DNA of 64,000 nt from assembly GCA_964518835.1 (NCBI GenBank), contig CAZFKU010000002.1:3120-67119 (forward strand), in the 5' to 3' direction. This stretch comes from an uncultured bacterium (GTDB lineage: Bacteria; Fidelibacterota; Marinisomatia; Marinisomatales; AB-629-J13). The notes beneath the pieces were generated by a model that had not been told where the DNA came from, did no database searches, and saw only the letters and a program-made list of their open reading frames with translations. The position numbers and the translations under genes are program-made. Numbering within the stretch: position 1 is the stretch's first letter; every line of letters begins with the position of its first letter. Positions 18,658 through 30,614 of this stretch are shown here, one piece after another.

Positions 18658-19845
18658 ATGAAATTTGCCAGTCGAATATCCAGGCTTAAACCATCCTTTA
18701 CCATGCAAATGGCTGCGACAGCAGTGCATATGAGGCAAAAAGGATTGGACGTTGTTGATTTTACCGTGGGTGAACCTGACTTTTCTACCTCTTCCCATAT
18801 CTGTGATGCAGCAAAAATTGCCTTAGATGAAGGATTCACAAAATATACTTCAGTCAGTGGAATTCCTGAGCTGAAATCAGCAATCCGAACGAAAGTGAAA
18901 AGGGATAATAACATTGAAATTGACTCTGGACAAATTTTAGTATCAAACGGGGGAAAACAAAGTCTGTATCTTGCCTGTCAGGCATTATTTGAAAAGGGAG
19001 ACGAAGCGCTGATTTTTTCTCCCTACTGGGTTTCTTATCCGGAGATGGTTCGATTGTCTGATGCAGAGCCGGTAATTATCAGCACTGATCCGGAGAATCA
19101 ATATGAGCCTGATTTTGACAGCTTAGAAAATAATATTTCACCAAAAGTAAAAGGAGTAATCATAAACAATCCTTCCAATCCAACAGGCGCAGTGTGGTCA
19201 GATGATGCAGTAAAACGTGTACTTACAATGGCGAAACAGCATGAATGGGTAGTTTTTTCTGATGAATGTTACGAGCAATTAGTTTATGATAAATCCTTTA
19301 AAAGTGTAGAATGTCTTAATCAGGTTGGAGCGGAAGTGATTACCTTCATGACCTTATCAAAATCTTATGCCATGACTGGATGGAGAGTAGGATATGCTTT
19401 CGGGAATGAAGATTTTATTAAAGCGATGACAAAACTTCAGGGACAGGAAACATCCTGTGCCAACGCCATAGCTCAAAAAGCGGCGGTGGAAGCACTGACG
19501 GGAGACCAATCATCCATGATTGAAATGAAGGAAACTTTTCGAAATAGAAGAGATTTAATGATTGGTTTGTTAAATGAAATTCCTAAAATATCATGTTCAA
19601 AACCCAAAGGTGCTTTTTATGCATTTCCGGACTGTTCCGGATATTTTGGTACCCGAGCCAATGGAAAGACAATGACAACTTCTACACAGTTGTCAGAATA
19701 TATCTTAGAAGAATCAAAAGTGGTTACTGTACCCGGAGACGGTTTTGGGGCACCAAAAAATATTAGATTTTCTTATGCAGTCTCATCGGAAATGATACAA
19801 AAAGGAATTGACCGATTGAGCCAGGCATTAGACCAATTAAATTAA
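18658..19845 (+). CDS. Aspartate/aromatic aminotransferase (PLP-dependent, class I)
   Basis: 395 aa. FTVGEPDF, NPSNPTG, MTLSKSYAMTGWRVGY (PLP-lysine region), RFSYA. Confidence 0.88.
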   Translation: MKFASRISRLKPSFTMQMAATAVHMRQKGLDVVDFTVGEPDFSTSSHICDAAKIALDEGFTKYTSVSGIPELKSAIRTKVKRDNNIEIDSGQILVSNGGKQSLYLACQALFEKGDEALIFSPYWVSYPEMVRLSDAEPVIISTDPENQYEPDFDSLENNISPKVKGVIINNPSNPTGAVWSDDAVKRVLTMAKQHEWVVFSDECYEQLVYDKSFKSVECLNQVGAEVITFMTLSKSYAMTGWRVGYAFGNEDFIKAMTKLQGQETSCANAIAQKAAVEALTGDQSSMIEMKETFRNRRDLMIGLLNEIPKISCSKPKGAFYAFPDCSGYFGTRANGKTMTTSTQLSEYILEESKVVTVPGDGFGAPKNIRFSYAVSSEMIQKGIDRLSQALDQLN

Positions 19846-19860
19846 TTAGGAGAATAACCA

Positions 19861-20067
19861 ATGAAAAAAGGAATTCATCCGGAGTACAAGACAGGAAAGG
19901 TCCACTGTGCATGCGGGAATGAGTTTGAAGTGTACAGTACTTTAGGCGATCAACGAATTGAAATTTGTAATGTATGTCATCCATTTTTTTCCGGTAAACA
20001 AAAACTGGTTGATACGGCAGGACGAATTGAAAAATTTGAGCAGAAATACGGAAAGACCTCTCCTTAA
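19861..20067 (+). CDS. rpmE: 50S ribosomal protein L31
   Basis: 68 aa. MKKGIHPEY...[21 protein letters not shown]; SD TAGGAG upstream. Confidence 0.95.
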   Translation: MKKGIHPEYKTGKVHCACGNEFEVYSTLGDQRIEICNVCHPFFSGKQKLVDTAGRIEKFEQKYGKTSP

Positions 20068-20115
20068 TAGTTGCTGAAAAAGAGATAATTCTTTAGTTGA
20101 ATCACATTTCTGTTT

Positions 20116-21084
20116 ATGAGGATTTCAATTAAATCTCTGTTTATTATGAAGCCGGCTATTCTTGTGGGAGGACAGGCAGTGATTGAGGGTGTTATGATGC
20201 GTGTCCCCGGCGCAGTCGCAACGGCAGTACGGGACCCGAAAGGAAAAATCCTTATCAAACGAAAACCGTTTTTTTCTGTTATAGAAAAATCACCTTTTTG
20301 GAAAAAACCGGTTTTAAGAGGTGCGGCTTCTTTATTTGAAGCAATGAAATTAGGATATTCAACATTGCAATGGTCTGCTGATATTGCGATACCACCGGAA
20401 GAACCCGACCAAAAACAGAACAAGTTTGCAGATATTTTCACTACATTTTTTTCTGTAGGGTTAGCACTTTTTTTGTTTCTCATTCTTCCATTGTGGATAA
20501 CCACAAAATTCTTAAATGTTGAAAAAGATGCTTTCTGGTTTAACCTTATATCCGGTGGATTTCGCATTACTTTTTTTGTGATTTACTTAGCTTTGATATC
20601 TATGTTAAAAGATGTTCGCCGGCTGTTTAAATACCATGGCTCTGAACATAAAGTTGTGTATAATTTTGAGTCAGGGCAGGAACTGACTATTCAGAATGCA
20701 CAGTCCTTCCCCACTCAGCATCCACGCTGTGGTACAAGCTTTCTTTTTATCGTACTGCTTTCTGCAATATTAATTTTTGCTGTGGTGGATACGGTTATTA
20801 TTTCTGTGTTAGGCACCATTTCTCTGCCAATACGATTGTTGTTTCATATTCCCATGATTCCCATAGTTTCCGGAATTGGATATGAAGTTATAAAATTGAC
20901 TGCAAGAAATGAATCACTCATTTTCCGAATCTTGAGAAAACCGGGATTATGGCTGCAGAATATCACAACCCGTCCTCCCGAAGATGATATGGTGGAAGTT
21001 GCCATTGAAGCACTGAAATCTGCATTTGGGGATGAATACGAAAAAGTATCAGGTAAGGAATATGTTGCCGAGGCAATTGGATGA
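20116..21084 (+). CDS. DUF1385 family membrane protein (YqhQ-like)
   Basis: 322 aa. [29 protein letters not shown]. It sits in the usual rpmE / DUF1385 / prfA / prmC context. An alternative start is ATG 20146. Confidence 0.8.
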   Translation: MRISIKSLFIMKPAILVGGQAVIEGVMMRVPGAVATAVRDPKGKILIKRKPFFSVIEKSPFWKKPVLRGAASLFEAMKLGYSTLQWSADIAIPPEEPDQKQNKFADIFTTFFSVGLALFLFLILPLWITTKFLNVEKDAFWFNLISGGFRITFFVIYLALISMLKDVRRLFKYHGSEHKVVYNFESGQELTIQNAQSFPTQHPRCGTSFLFIVLLSAILIFAVVDTVIISVLGTISLPIRLLFHIPMIPIVSGIGYEVIKLTARNESLIFRILRKPGLWLQNITTRPPEDDMVEVAIEALKSAFGDEYEKVSGKEYVAEAIG

Positions 21085-22151
21085 AAGAAAAGGTAATTGA
21101 AATAATTGACCATTTTGAGGATATTGAAAAACAGTTTTCCACTCCTGAAGTTATTGGCAATCCGGAACTCATGAAAAAAACAGCGCAGGAAAGAAGCCGC
21201 CTGGAACCGGTTGTGATAAAGGGCAGAGAATATATTGAATTAATTCAACAAATCGAAGAAGTTGAAGAAATATTACCCGGTGATGATGAAGAACTTATCC
21301 AATTAGCGAAAGAAGAATTGGCAGAACTGAGTACCAGAAAAATATTAATGGAAGAAGAACTGAAAATATTGCTTCTTCCCCGAAATCCAAACGATGATAA
21401 AAGTATAATCATGGAGATTCGAGCTGGGACAGGCGGAGAGGAAGCGGCTTTGTTTGCTGCTGATTTATTTCGGATGTATTCCCATTACGCAGAAAATGCA
21501 AATTTATCCTTAAAAATACTGGATGTGAATGAAACAGGAATTGGAGGATTTAAAAGCATCACATTCTCATTGAACGGCGAAGGAGCATATGGCAGGCTGA
21601 AGTTTGAAAGCGGTGTCCACCGGGTTCAAAGAGTTCCAAAAACAGAAGCAAGTGGTCGTCTGCATACTTCAGCTGCAACAGTGGCGGTTTTGCCGGAAGC
21701 CGAAGATGCTGATATTGAGGTGAGGGATGAAGATTTGAAAATAGACACATATCGAGCCAGCGGTGCCGGAGGTCAGCATGTCAATAAAACAGAATCGGCA
21801 ATACGGATAACACATTTACCAACGGGATTGGTGGTAACATGCCAGGATGAAAAATCCCAGCATAAAAACCGAACGGCTGCGATGAAAGTTCTGCGATCCA
21901 GATTACTTGCTGCTGAGGAAGAAAGATTGGCTCAGGAACGGGCGGAAACCCGCCGTTCATTGGTGTCAACAGGAGATCGTTCAGCGAAGATACGAACCTA
22001 TAATTTCCCTCAAAACAGGGTAACCGACCATCGGATAAATTATACTGCACATAATCTTGAAAATATGATAAACGGAGACTTGATACCATTTATCGAACAG
22101 CTTCAATTAGCAGAACAACAGGAACAGTTAACCGGCATAAATACAGGATGA
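21081..22151 (+). CDS. prfA: Peptide chain release factor 1
   Basis: 356 aa. PKTE tripeptide-anticodon region ([17 protein letters not shown]) and [20 protein letters not shown]. Confidence 0.96.
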   Translation: MKEKVIEIIDHFEDIEKQFSTPEVIGNPELMKKTAQERSRLEPVVIKGREYIELIQQIEEVEEILPGDDEELIQLAKEELAELSTRKILMEEELKILLLPRNPNDDKSIIMEIRAGTGGEEAALFAADLFRMYSHYAENANLSLKILDVNETGIGGFKSITFSLNGEGAYGRLKFESGVHRVQRVPKTEASGRLHTSAATVAVLPEAEDADIEVRDEDLKIDTYRASGAGGQHVNKTESAIRITHLPTGLVVTCQDEKSQHKNRTAAMKVLRSRLLAAEEERLAQERAETRRSLVSTGDRSAKIRTYNFPQNRVTDHRINYTAHNLENMINGDLIPFIEQLQLAEQQEQLTGINTG

Positions 22152-23011
22152 AGAATTCAGAATTATCAACTCCATTACTGCATGAATTGATTTCATGGGG
22201 AGAAATGCAACTGAACCATCATCAAATCGAAAATCCACACCGAAATGTACTTTGGATGGCGAGTGATCTGTTTGATTGCAGAATGAGTGATCTGCCTTTC
22301 AGTCAAAAACCTGTTTCCTATCATCAGTTAAAAACATTCAAAAAATGGATTGGCCGAAGAGTAAATCATGAACCGGTGCAGAAAATCACCGGGAAAACAG
22401 AATTTTACGGATTGACTTTTTACCTAGATTCAGGAGTATTTATTCCCAGACCCGAAACAGAGAGATTGGTTGATGAAGTATTAGGTTTAATAACAAAACA
22501 GAACCCCATTTCAATATTAGATGTCGGAACGGGATCAGGCTGTTTAGCAGTTGCTTTGGCAAAAGAATGTGAAAATTCACAAATAACAGCGATAGACATT
22601 TCCACAAGAGCATTAAAAATAGCAAAAATAAACAGGGATTATCACGAGTTGAAAAATATCCGTTTTAAAAAGATGGATATTCTTACAGAAACTCCAAAAC
22701 ACACTTATGATTTGGTTATTTCCAATCCTCCCTACATTCCAAAAAAAGACATGAAGTTTTTAATGCCGGAGGTGATTGATCATGATCCAGTGTTAGCGCT
22801 GACAGATAATGCAGACGGATTAATTTTTTATAGATATTTAGCCAAACATTTCCATTCGCTTGTAAATCCAAACGGATATATGGTGTTAGAGACAGGAAGT
22901 AGAGAACACTCTTTCAAGGCAATAAAAATATTCTGTCATTATGGATATAATGCAGATTTGAAAAAAGATTACTCAGGAAATCACAGAGTTCTCATAGTAC
23001 AATCCAAATGA
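22148..23011 (+). CDS. prmC: Release factor glutamine N5-methyltransferase
   Basis: 287 aa. [31 protein letters not shown]. Confidence 0.9.
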   Translation: MKNSELSTPLLHELISWGEMQLNHHQIENPHRNVLWMASDLFDCRMSDLPFSQKPVSYHQLKTFKKWIGRRVNHEPVQKITGKTEFYGLTFYLDSGVFIPRPETERLVDEVLGLITKQNPISILDVGTGSGCLAVALAKECENSQITAIDISTRALKIAKINRDYHELKNIRFKKMDILTETPKHTYDLVISNPPYIPKKDMKFLMPEVIDHDPVLALTDNADGLIFYRYLAKHFHSLVNPNGYMVLETGSREHSFKAIKIFCHYGYNADLKKDYSGNHRVLIVQSK

Positions 23012-23856
23012 ATTCCGTGGCAGATTATGTCCGCATTCTCCGCCCGATCAATATTATCATTTCTGCTGGGACTGTTGTTGTTTGTGCTGGTATTCTGAAT
23101 GCGTTCGAGAATATTTTTCTTCTCATTTCTACCGTTTTGACAGTAGGTTTATTTATAGGCGGTGCGAATATCTTCAATGACATTCAGGATAAAAAAGAAG
23201 ATAATATAAACAAACCAGAAAGACCCATAGCCGCCGGTCAAATTTCCTTGAAAGCAGCAGGAAATTATGCAAAAGTATTATTTATTTCAGGGGCTGGAAT
23301 GTGTTTTTTGCTTCCCCTGTCTGCGACTTTGCTTGTCTGGTTTATTGTCTTTCCTCTTCTGATATTTTACTCACTCAAATTGAAATCAATTCCTCTTGTG
23401 GGAAATGGTGTCATAGCTTTTTTATTGGGACTGACCTTTCTATTTTGCGGATTGGTTTTTGAAAATATTAATCCCATGTTCATCCCGGCAGGTCTTGCAT
23501 TTTCTTTGACATTAGTACGGGAATTGATAAAAGATATTGAAGACATGGAAGGAGACAAAAAATCGGGGTTAAGGACCTTTCCTATAATGTTTGGGCTGGA
23601 TAAAGCTGTTCAGCTGGTAATCCTGCTTTCGGTAGCAACAGGAATTGTCTCTGTTATTCCGTATTTTACAAATTTATATTCTGCATTTTATCTCATTCCG
23701 CTTGTCTTGGGAGTTGAGTTACCATTGACAATTGTTGTATTTTCGTTCATGAAATCACACTCCAGATCAACCGCCAGAAAATCATCCATTTTACTAAAAA
23801 TTGCCACCATCATGGGAATCATTTCAATATATACAGGAGCTAAAATTGGGACCTGA
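23008..23856 (+). CDS. UbiA-family prenyltransferase, archaeal DGGGP-synthase-like (geranylgeranylglycerol-phosphate geranylgeranyltransferase-like)
   Basis: 282 aa, about 8-9 TM helices. First Asp-rich motif NDIQDKKEDNINKPERPIAAG (NDxxDxxxD, nt 23176-23202). Second motif RELIKDIEDMEGDKKSGLRTFPIMFG. Both resemble DGGGPS-type UbiA proteins more than MenA/UbiA/CyoE types, from memory. Confidence 0.75.
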   Translation: MNSVADYVRILRPINIIISAGTVVVCAGILNAFENIFLLISTVLTVGLFIGGANIFNDIQDKKEDNINKPERPIAAGQISLKAAGNYAKVLFISGAGMCFLLPLSATLLVWFIVFPLLIFYSLKLKSIPLVGNGVIAFLLGLTFLFCGLVFENINPMFIPAGLAFSLTLVRELIKDIEDMEGDKKSGLRTFPIMFGLDKAVQLVILLSVATGIVSVIPYFTNLYSAFYLIPLVLGVELPLTIVVFSFMKSHSRSTARKSSILLKIATIMGIISIYTGAKIGT

Positions 23857-26800
23857 ATTCGTCCATTTGCATAACCATTCCGATTATAGTCTTTTGGATG
23901 GTGCCCAACCCATCAAACAAATGGTAAACAGGACTGAAGAACTGGGAATGAATTCCATTGCTTTAACCGATCATGGAAATATGTTTGGTGCAGTAGATTT
24001 TTACCTGCAATGTGAGAAAAAAGGAATTAATCCGATTATCGGGATGGAAGCTTATATTGTGGGGAAAGGAAGTCGTACAATTAAGCAGACGGCTCAAGGT
24101 CACCGTCAGCGGACGTTTCATATTATCCTTCTGTGTAAAGATATACAAGGTTATAAAAATCTCATGAAACTGTCTTCCTCATCATTTCTTGATGGATTTT
24201 ATTATAAACCCCGAATGGATAAAGAAATATTGAAAGACCATTCAGAAGGTCTCATAGGACTTTCTGCCTGTCTGAATGGTGAAATAACCAGACTTCACTT
24301 GGACGGTAAGGATCTGGAAGCCCAGCATGCTGTTGAAGAACATGTAAACATTTTCGGGAAAGATAATTTTTATATGGAAATTCAACGGCACGGAATGGAG
24401 GAAGACCGTGCATACGATAAAAACCTGCAGCTGGCAAAACAGATGGGTCTCAAATATGTTGCCACCAATGATGTTCATTACACTCGCAAAAAACACTGGG
24501 ATTCCCATGATATTCTCATCTGCCTTCAAAGCAATCATTTTCGCAGTGATGAAAAAAGAATGAGATATAAGAAAGAAGAATTTTTTCTCCGCTCTCCTGA
24601 AGAGATGAGAAAATTGTTTGATGATTTACCGGAAGCCTGCGATGCCACCCTTGAAATTGCAGAAAGATGTAATTTGAAATTGAATTTTGATTCATATCAT
24701 TTACCGGTTTTTACCATTCCTGAAAATTCAAAGGAAAAGGATTCGGATTTGTATCTCCAGTCCCTGTGCATGGATGGTCTTAAGTCTTTGTATCCCCAAA
24801 TAACATCTGAGTTAACAGAACGTTTGACCTACGAACTTTCTGTGATAAAACAGATGGGATTTTCAGGATATTTTTTGATTACAGCTGATTTTGTTGACTA
24901 TGCGAAGAAGCACCATATACCCGTAGGTCCCGGAAGGGGATCTGCAGCGGGGAGTCTGGTCTCTTATGTTTTAGGGATTACAACCATTGATCCAATGAAA
25001 CACGACCTTCTTTTTGAACGGTTTTTAAATCCCGAACGGGTTAGTCTTCCTGATATAGATATTGATTTTTGTTATGAACGCCGTGGAGAGGTCATTCAAT
25101 ATATTAAAAATAAATATGGAGAGAAATCCGTAACCCAAATTATTACTTTTGGGAAGATGAAAGCACGTCAGGCTGTGAAGGATGTGGGGCGGGTTATGGG
25201 ATATCCATTTGGAGAAGTAGATAAGATCGCAAAGGAAATTCCGGAAGAATTAAATATATCCCTGAATGGTGCATTAAAGAAAAGTCCGACATTCAAGAAA
25301 ATGGCAGATGGTGAATACAAAGAATTAATCGAACATTCTCTCATTCTGGAAGGGGTAAACCGCCATGCATCTACTCATGCAGCTGGGGTGGTTATTGTGC
25401 CGGGAGACCTCACGGACTTTATTCCGCTCTATAAATCATCAAAAGGAGATGTGACCAGCCAGTATGATATGAAAGGCTTGGAAAAATTAGGGTTGTTAAA
25501 GATGGATTTTCTCGGCCTTAGAAATCTTACAGTAATCGAGCGTACACTGGAATTGATCGAGAAGAATCATGAAAAGGTGGACATTCAATCTATCCCGCTT
25601 GATGATGAGGATGTGTATGATCTTTTTACACAGGGACTCACAATCGGAATCTTCCAGTTTGAGTCAGCAGGGATGCGGGAGTTTTTAACAAAGTTGAAAC
25701 CCACCTGTATCGAAGACCTTATCGCAATGAATGCGTTGTACAGACCGGGCCCCATGAGCAATATTGACGATTTTATCCAACGGAAACAGGGTAAAAGAAC
25801 AATTGATTACATGCATAAAAACCTTGAGGATATTTTAAAAGAAACGTATGGAATTATTGTTTATCAGGAACAGGTCATGCAAATAGCAAACCAGATTGCA
25901 GGATTTTCTCTGGCAAATGCAGACTTAATGCGTAGGGCAATGGGAAAGAAGGATGTTGCACTAATGAAGCGGATGAAAACTGATTTTGTTGAAGGGTCTG
26001 AAAAAAATAAAATCAGTGCCCGAAAGGCAAAAGCCATATTTGCCTTGATTGAAAAATTTGCTGAATATGGTTTTAACAAAAGTCACTCCACTGCTTATGC
26101 CTACATTGCCTATCAAACCGCATGGTTAAAAACACATTATGCTGTTGAATTTATGTCTGCAAATCTCACCAGTTTTATGTCCGACACCAATCGAATAGTC
26201 CGGCTTATTAATGAATGCAGAAAATTAAACATACAAGTTCACCCTCCGGATATAAATATATCCGAAATTGATTTTCAGCCTCTTGATAATCAGAGCATCT
26301 CTTATGGTTTGAATGCTATAAAAAACGTTGGTTCCTCTGCGCTGAAAAGTATTATTGATGAAAGAGAAAAAAAGGGAGAGTTTAAATCAATCTTCGATTT
26401 TTGTTCCCGGGTTGTATCTGCATCATTGAACAGAAAAGTGATTGAAAGTTTAATTAAAGCAGGTGCGCTGGATTGTCTTCCCGGAAAACGATCTGAAATG
26501 TTTGCTTCTATCGATAATGTTCTCAAATATGGACAAAGTATCCAGATCAATCAGAATAGAAATCAGGTGGATATTTTTGGCGGAAAAGATGGTGCAAACT
26601 CGATGATAAAAGAACCGAAATTGCATGAAAGTGAACCGTGGAGTGAAAAGCAATCTCTCACATTTGAGAAAGAAGTTTTGGGAACGTATGTGTCCGGTCA
26701 CCCCCTGATAAAACATGCAGATATAATTGAGAAATATGCTACCTATGATTTTACGGAAGCCATTCCAGCCGCTACAGGAAAATCATTCAGGTTGGGCGGT

Positions 26801-27277
26801 TTGATTGAAGGAATAACCCGAAATTTCGATAAAAACGGGAGAGAATGGGCACGAATAAAAATGGAATGTATCGGAGGAAGGGCAGAAATTATTGCTTTTA
26901 ATGATATATTTTCTCGGTTTAAAGAAATAATTAAGGAAGGAAATATTGTGTTTGTTTCAGGAAACCCAGAAGATAGATCTGAAACTCGAAATGTAAAAAT
27001 GTTAGCAGAGAACATTGTCTCACTGGACAAGGCAGAAGACCAATTGTCCAAACATTTAAATATATTGGTTAATCCCGATTCCATTACTACCAAGGAAATT
27101 GACGAGCTTTATAAAATCGCTGAGGATTATCAGGGCGATACACGGTTGGTGTTTCATATCCCCAAAAACGGAAGACACCAGCAAATTCTCGCACACAATA
27201 TTCGTGTTTCAACCGATAGTAAATTCTGCAGTAAGCTGAAAAAAATATACGGTAAACAGAATATATGGATTGAATGA
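23846..27277 (+). CDS. dnaE: DNA polymerase III alpha subunit
   Basis: The ORF track opens at TTG 23801. TTG 23846 has a GGAG SD with a 6-nt spacer and gives [20 protein letters not shown] (PHP domain). Also [26 protein letters not shown], the OB fold and C-terminus. Confidence 0.95.
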   Translation: MGPEFVHLHNHSDYSLLDGAQPIKQMVNRTEELGMNSIALTDHGNMFGAVDFYLQCEKKGINPIIGMEAYIVGKGSRTIKQTAQGHRQRTFHIILLCKDIQGYKNLMKLSSSSFLDGFYYKPRMDKEILKDHSEGLIGLSACLNGEITRLHLDGKDLEAQHAVEEHVNIFGKDNFYMEIQRHGMEEDRAYDKNLQLAKQMGLKYVATNDVHYTRKKHWDSHDILICLQSNHFRSDEKRMRYKKEEFFLRSPEEMRKLFDDLPEACDATLEIAERCNLKLNFDSYHLPVFTIPENSKEKDSDLYLQSLCMDGLKSLYPQITSELTERLTYELSVIKQMGFSGYFLITADFVDYAKKHHIPVGPGRGSAAGSLVSYVLGITTIDPMKHDLLFERFLNPERVSLPDIDIDFCYERRGEVIQYIKNKYGEKSVTQIITFGKMKARQAVKDVGRVMGYPFGEVDKIAKEIPEELNISLNGALKKSPTFKKMADGEYKELIEHSLILEGVNRHASTHAAGVVIVPGDLTDFIPLYKSSKGDVTSQYDMKGLEKLGLLKMDFLGLRNLTVIERTLELIEKNHEKVDIQSIPLDDEDVYDLFTQGLTIGIFQFESAGMREFLTKLKPTCIEDLIAMNALYRPGPMSNIDDFIQRKQGKRTIDYMHKNLEDILKETYGIIVYQEQVMQIANQIAGFSLANADLMRRAMGKKDVALMKRMKTDFVEGSEKNKISARKAKAIFALIEKFAEYGFNKSHSTAYAYIAYQTAWLKTHYAVEFMSANLTSFMSDTNRIVRLINECRKLNIQVHPPDINISEIDFQPLDNQSISYGLNAIKNVGSSALKSIIDEREKKGEFKSIFDFCSRVVSASLNRKVIESLIKAGALDCLPGKRSEMFASIDNVLKYGQSIQINQNRNQVDIFGGKDGANSMIKEPKLHESEPWSEKQSLTFEKEVLGTYVSGHPLIKHADIIEKYATYDFTEAIPAATGKSFRLGGLIEGITRNFDKNGREWARIKMECIGGRAEIIAFNDIFSRFKEIIKEGNIVFVSGNPEDRSETRNVKMLAENIVSLDKAEDQLSKHLNILVNPDSITTKEIDELYKIAEDYQGDTRLVFHIPKNGRHQQILAHNIRVSTDSKFCSKLKKIYGKQNIWIE

Positions 27278-27717
27278 TTGCAGTAGTACAACGTGTCTCT
27301 AAAGGAAATGTAACCATCCATGGAGAGGTAAAAAGCGCTATTCAAAACGGGCTGGTTGTTTTGATAGGCGTTATGCAGGATGATACGGAAGAAGATGTCA
27401 ATTTTTTAGTGGAAAAAATTTCGGGATTCAGGATTTTCAATGATGAGGATGATAAAATGAATCTATCTGTTAAGGACATCAAAGGCTCTGTTTTAGTGAT
27501 AAGCCAATTTACACTTTGCGGGGATTGGAAAAAAGGAAGGCGTCCCAGTTTTATCCATGCCGCCCCGCCTGAGAAAGGGAAACATCTATACGAACGGTTT
27601 ATGTATCAATTACGTGAAAAGGAAATTCCTGTAGAATCAGGAGAATTCGGTGCGATGATGTCAGTTAACTTGACAAATGAAGGACCGGTTACTTTTGTTC
27701 TGGATAGTAAAATTTAA
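27274..27717 (+). CDS. dtd: D-aminoacyl-tRNA deacylase
   Basis: 147 aa. [27 protein letters not shown]. Confidence 0.93.
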   Translation: MIAVVQRVSKGNVTIHGEVKSAIQNGLVVLIGVMQDDTEEDVNFLVEKISGFRIFNDEDDKMNLSVKDIKGSVLVISQFTLCGDWKKGRRPSFIHAAPPEKGKHLYERFMYQLREKEIPVESGEFGAMMSVNLTNEGPVTFVLDSKI

Positions 27718-27797
27718 GGAATGCTCCCGCTAGTTGCCCTTTTTTATTTTGGATGTTCCTATTGTAATTTTATGATGTAAATGAATCCACTTTTTAA

Positions 27798-28202
27798 ATG
27801 AATCGAAAAATAAGAATTATTATGGCAAAGCCCGGCTTGGACGGTCATGACCGGGGGATCAAAGTCTTAGCTTCCGCTTACAGGGATGCAGGGATGGAAG
27901 TCATTTATCTGGGACTACGCCAGACTCCTGAAATGATCGTTTCTGCTGCATTGCAGGAAGATGCAGATGTCATCGCCTTGTCCAGTTTAAATAATGCACA
28001 CATGACCATTTTCCCCAGAGTGAAAAACCTTATGGACGAAAAAGGTTTGACCGATGTCTTATTGACCGGCGGCGGGATTATTCCAAAGAAGGATATGGAT
28101 TCGTTATACGAAATGGGAGTCGGAAAGTTATTCGGTCCCGGAACACCTGTCCATAAAACGATTGATTATATTACTGAGTGGGTGAATTCCAACCGCAGAT
28201 GA
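27798..28202 (+). CDS. Cobalamin-binding domain protein (methylmalonyl-CoA mutase C-terminal/small-subunit type)
   Basis: 134 aa. [15 protein letters not shown] contains the DxHxxG B12-binding motif, then DVIALSSL...LTGGGIIP. Confidence 0.85.
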   Translation: MNRKIRIIMAKPGLDGHDRGIKVLASAYRDAGMEVIYLGLRQTPEMIVSAALQEDADVIALSSLNNAHMTIFPRVKNLMDEKGLTDVLLTGGGIIPKKDMDSLYEMGVGKLFGPGTPVHKTIDYITEWVNSNRR

Positions 28203-28831
28203 TGGATTTATCAGACCGGGAAATCATGGGAGATTATTTTCATAATCATCCGGACTCGAACCAGTTTCCGTTGGTAGCAGACCTGTTTTTGATGGATGGA
28301 GAGACTCCTGGAGCAGAAGAAATTTGTAAAATTGGATTGAACCATCATCCGGATCATCCGGATGGCTTGTTTGTTTTGGCACAAATCCAAAATGAAAATA
28401 AAGATTTTAAAAAAGCGGAAGGAACATTAAAAAGGTTACTTAAAACCCACACTGTTTATCCTGAAGCACTCACACTTTTAGCTGAAATTCAGGAAAAAAT
28501 AAACCGTTCCCCAAATACTGTTAAAGCGGTAAGAAAAAATTATGAACGGTTTAATTTCAAGTCAGCACATCAGAAGCGGAAGAAAATTACGAAGAAACAA
28601 AACTCAACCACTCGAAAAAAAACGGCACAATCCGTTTCCACCTCCGAGTTGAAACCCTTAAAGATAAGTTCCAAATTGGCAACATTCACTTTGGTGGAAA
28701 TATTGGAAAACCAGGGTTTATATCCTCAGGCTATTGATATATTGGATATTCTTGAGGAAAAAAATCAAGATAAAAAACGGGTAATAAAAACCCGCAACAG
28801 GATTTTAAAAAAGTTTCACTCAAGTAATTAA
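28199..28831 (+). CDS. TPR-like hypothetical protein with a basic central linker
   Basis: Start moved to ATG 28199 (ATGA overlap with the upstream stop). Helical TPR-like N-terminus, [16 protein letters not shown] linker, and a C-terminal [24 protein letters not shown] motif. No catalytic signature. Confidence 0.5.
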   Translation: MMDLSDREIMGDYFHNHPDSNQFPLVADLFLMDGETPGAEEICKIGLNHHPDHPDGLFVLAQIQNENKDFKKAEGTLKRLLKTHTVYPEALTLLAEIQEKINRSPNTVKAVRKNYERFNFKSAHQKRKKITKKQNSTTRKKTAQSVSTSELKPLKISSKLATFTLVEILENQGLYPQAIDILDILEEKNQDKKRVIKTRNRILKKFHSSN

Positions 28832-28852
28832 CATCTTTTCAATTTAAAAGTA

Positions 28853-29938
28853 ATGACTCCTTCATTATACTCAGCTCGTCAGGAAAAACTGAAATCTGTT
28901 CTCAGTGAACAGGGAATTGACGGTATCATCCTTACAAATCTCACCAGCATTCGTTATATCTGTGGATTCACAGGTTCCGCTGCTACCTGCCTGGTTCTTC
29001 CTCAAGATCAATATTTTATTTCTGATGGAAGATACACAGAACAATCCAAAAAACAAGTTTCAGGATTTTCATGCATTATTGAAAATTTATCCCATTTAGA
29101 ACTCATGAGCACAAAAAAAAGAAACCTGATTCCCAACGGATTAAAATTGGGATTTGAAGGAGAGCATCTTCCTTTTACTCAGTACAATACCATGACAGAA
29201 CTTTTTTCAAAAACGGATTGGATATGCACAAAAAATATTATGGAAAATTTACAGGCTGTGAAGGATGAATCCGAAATAAACGCCATTCGTACTGCCGTTG
29301 AGATTACGGATGCAGCTTATGAAGAAGTGGTTCCGCATATAAGAGAAGGGATCACTGAAAAAGAAATTGCAAATGAATTAGTTTTGTATTACCGCCGTGA
29401 GGGAGACGGAGAAGCCTACCCTCCCATTGTGGCCGGAGGACCAAACAGCGCCCTGCCTCATGCGGTTCCGACAGACAGAAAATTCAGGAAAGGGGATTTT
29501 ATAGTTATTGATGCTGCCGCTAAATATGCCGGTTATCATGCCGACATGACCCGCACACCTGTTCTTGGAAAAGAAACGGTAAAACACCGTGAAATTTACA
29601 ATATCGTCAAAGAAGCTCAGGAGACAGCAGTAGCTTCAGCAAAAGCAGGAGTCTCGTGCAAAGAAATGGATGCGATTCCACGAAATATTATTGAAAAGAA
29701 TGGATATGGAGAATATTTCAATCACGGGACGGGACATGGACTGGGATTGGAAATTCACACTCAGCCCCGTCTCAGTAAACTGAGCAATCAATTTCTCGAA
29801 CCGAAAAATGTGGTAACTGTAGAGCCGGGAATTTACCTTCCGGGCTGGGGAGGAGTCCGCATTGAAGATGACATAATCATCGAGGAAAATGGATGTGAAG
29901 TACTGAACACCACCTCCAGAGAACTAGTCGTTCTGTAA
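28853..29938 (+). CDS. Xaa-Pro aminopeptidase (M24B)
   Basis: 361 aa. IVAGGPNSALPHA, DAAAKYAGYHADMTRT, HGTGHGLGLEIH, VTVEPGIY, IEDD. Confidence 0.88.
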   Translation: MTPSLYSARQEKLKSVLSEQGIDGIILTNLTSIRYICGFTGSAATCLVLPQDQYFISDGRYTEQSKKQVSGFSCIIENLSHLELMSTKKRNLIPNGLKLGFEGEHLPFTQYNTMTELFSKTDWICTKNIMENLQAVKDESEINAIRTAVEITDAAYEEVVPHIREGITEKEIANELVLYYRREGDGEAYPPIVAGGPNSALPHAVPTDRKFRKGDFIVIDAAAKYAGYHADMTRTPVLGKETVKHREIYNIVKEAQETAVASAKAGVSCKEMDAIPRNIIEKNGYGEYFNHGTGHGLGLEIHTQPRLSKLSNQFLEPKNVVTVEPGIYLPGWGGVRIEDDIIIEENGCEVLNTTSRELVVL

Positions 29939-29962
29939 AATTAGATTTCATCTAATTCTGTA

Positions 29963-30598
29963 ATGCCAGCAATTAAGACTCTCATATTTGATATTGGCGG
30001 AGTTCTATTGGATATTCATCCTGAAAAAACCTTTAATTACTGGGCAAAAGCAACCGGGGTATCGTTGAAATACTTACATGAATTTGTTTCGTGGGATATC
30101 CATTATCAATATGAAACTGGCAAGTGTGACGATTTTCAATTTTATAGTGCATTCAATAATTTACTTCCCGGTGAAAATAAAATTTCTGAAGATGAATTCT
30201 GGCATGGCTGGAGATTACTGCTGGGGGAGGAAACTTCAATTGTGGGTTTGATGGAATCTTTGTGTCAAACCATTCCTGTCTGGCTATTATCCAACACCAA
30301 TCCTTGGCACATTCGATTTTTACAATCCAACAGTCAATGCCGACTCCACCGATTTGTCACGGGTGCTGTGTATTCCTTTGACACCGGATACAGAAAACCG
30401 GATCAAGAAATATATGAATTGACATTGAATAAAGTTAAATCTTCCGGTGGAGAAGCACTTTTTATTGATGATAATGAAGAGAATGTTGAAGGGGCAAAAA
30501 CCTCAGGGATGAATGCAGTTAGATATGAAGGATTAGAAAGACTTATTGAAGCTCTGGAAGATTTTGAAATTTCTATGACACAGCCTATAACAATATAA
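29963..30598 (+). CDS. HAD-superfamily hydrolase
   Basis: 211 aa. LIFDIGGVLLD (DxG/DxD-type motif I), LSNTN, FIDDNEENVEGA. Confidence 0.75.
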   Translation: MPAIKTLIFDIGGVLLDIHPEKTFNYWAKATGVSLKYLHEFVSWDIHYQYETGKCDDFQFYSAFNNLLPGENKISEDEFWHGWRLLLGEETSIVGLMESLCQTIPVWLLSNTNPWHIRFLQSNSQCRLHRFVTGAVYSFDTGYRKPDQEIYELTLNKVKSSGGEALFIDDNEENVEGAKTSGMNAVRYEGLERLIEALEDFEISMTQPITI

Positions 30599-30614
30599 AA
30601 AAACGAGTAAAAAA

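Noticed and set aside
20064-20567. 167-aa minus-strand ORF
   Set aside because: It is antisense to the N-terminal half of the DUF1385 gene, which has conserved motifs and conserved synteny (rpmE-DUF1385-prfA). No family resemblance.
29939-29957. Perfect 8-bp inverted repeat AATTAGAT-TTC-ATCTAATT between the M24 peptidase stop and the HAD gene start
   Set aside because: The stem is all A/T apart from one G-C pair, the loop is 3 nt, and no T-tract follows. It is too weak to call a terminator and easily arises by chance in AT-rich DNA.
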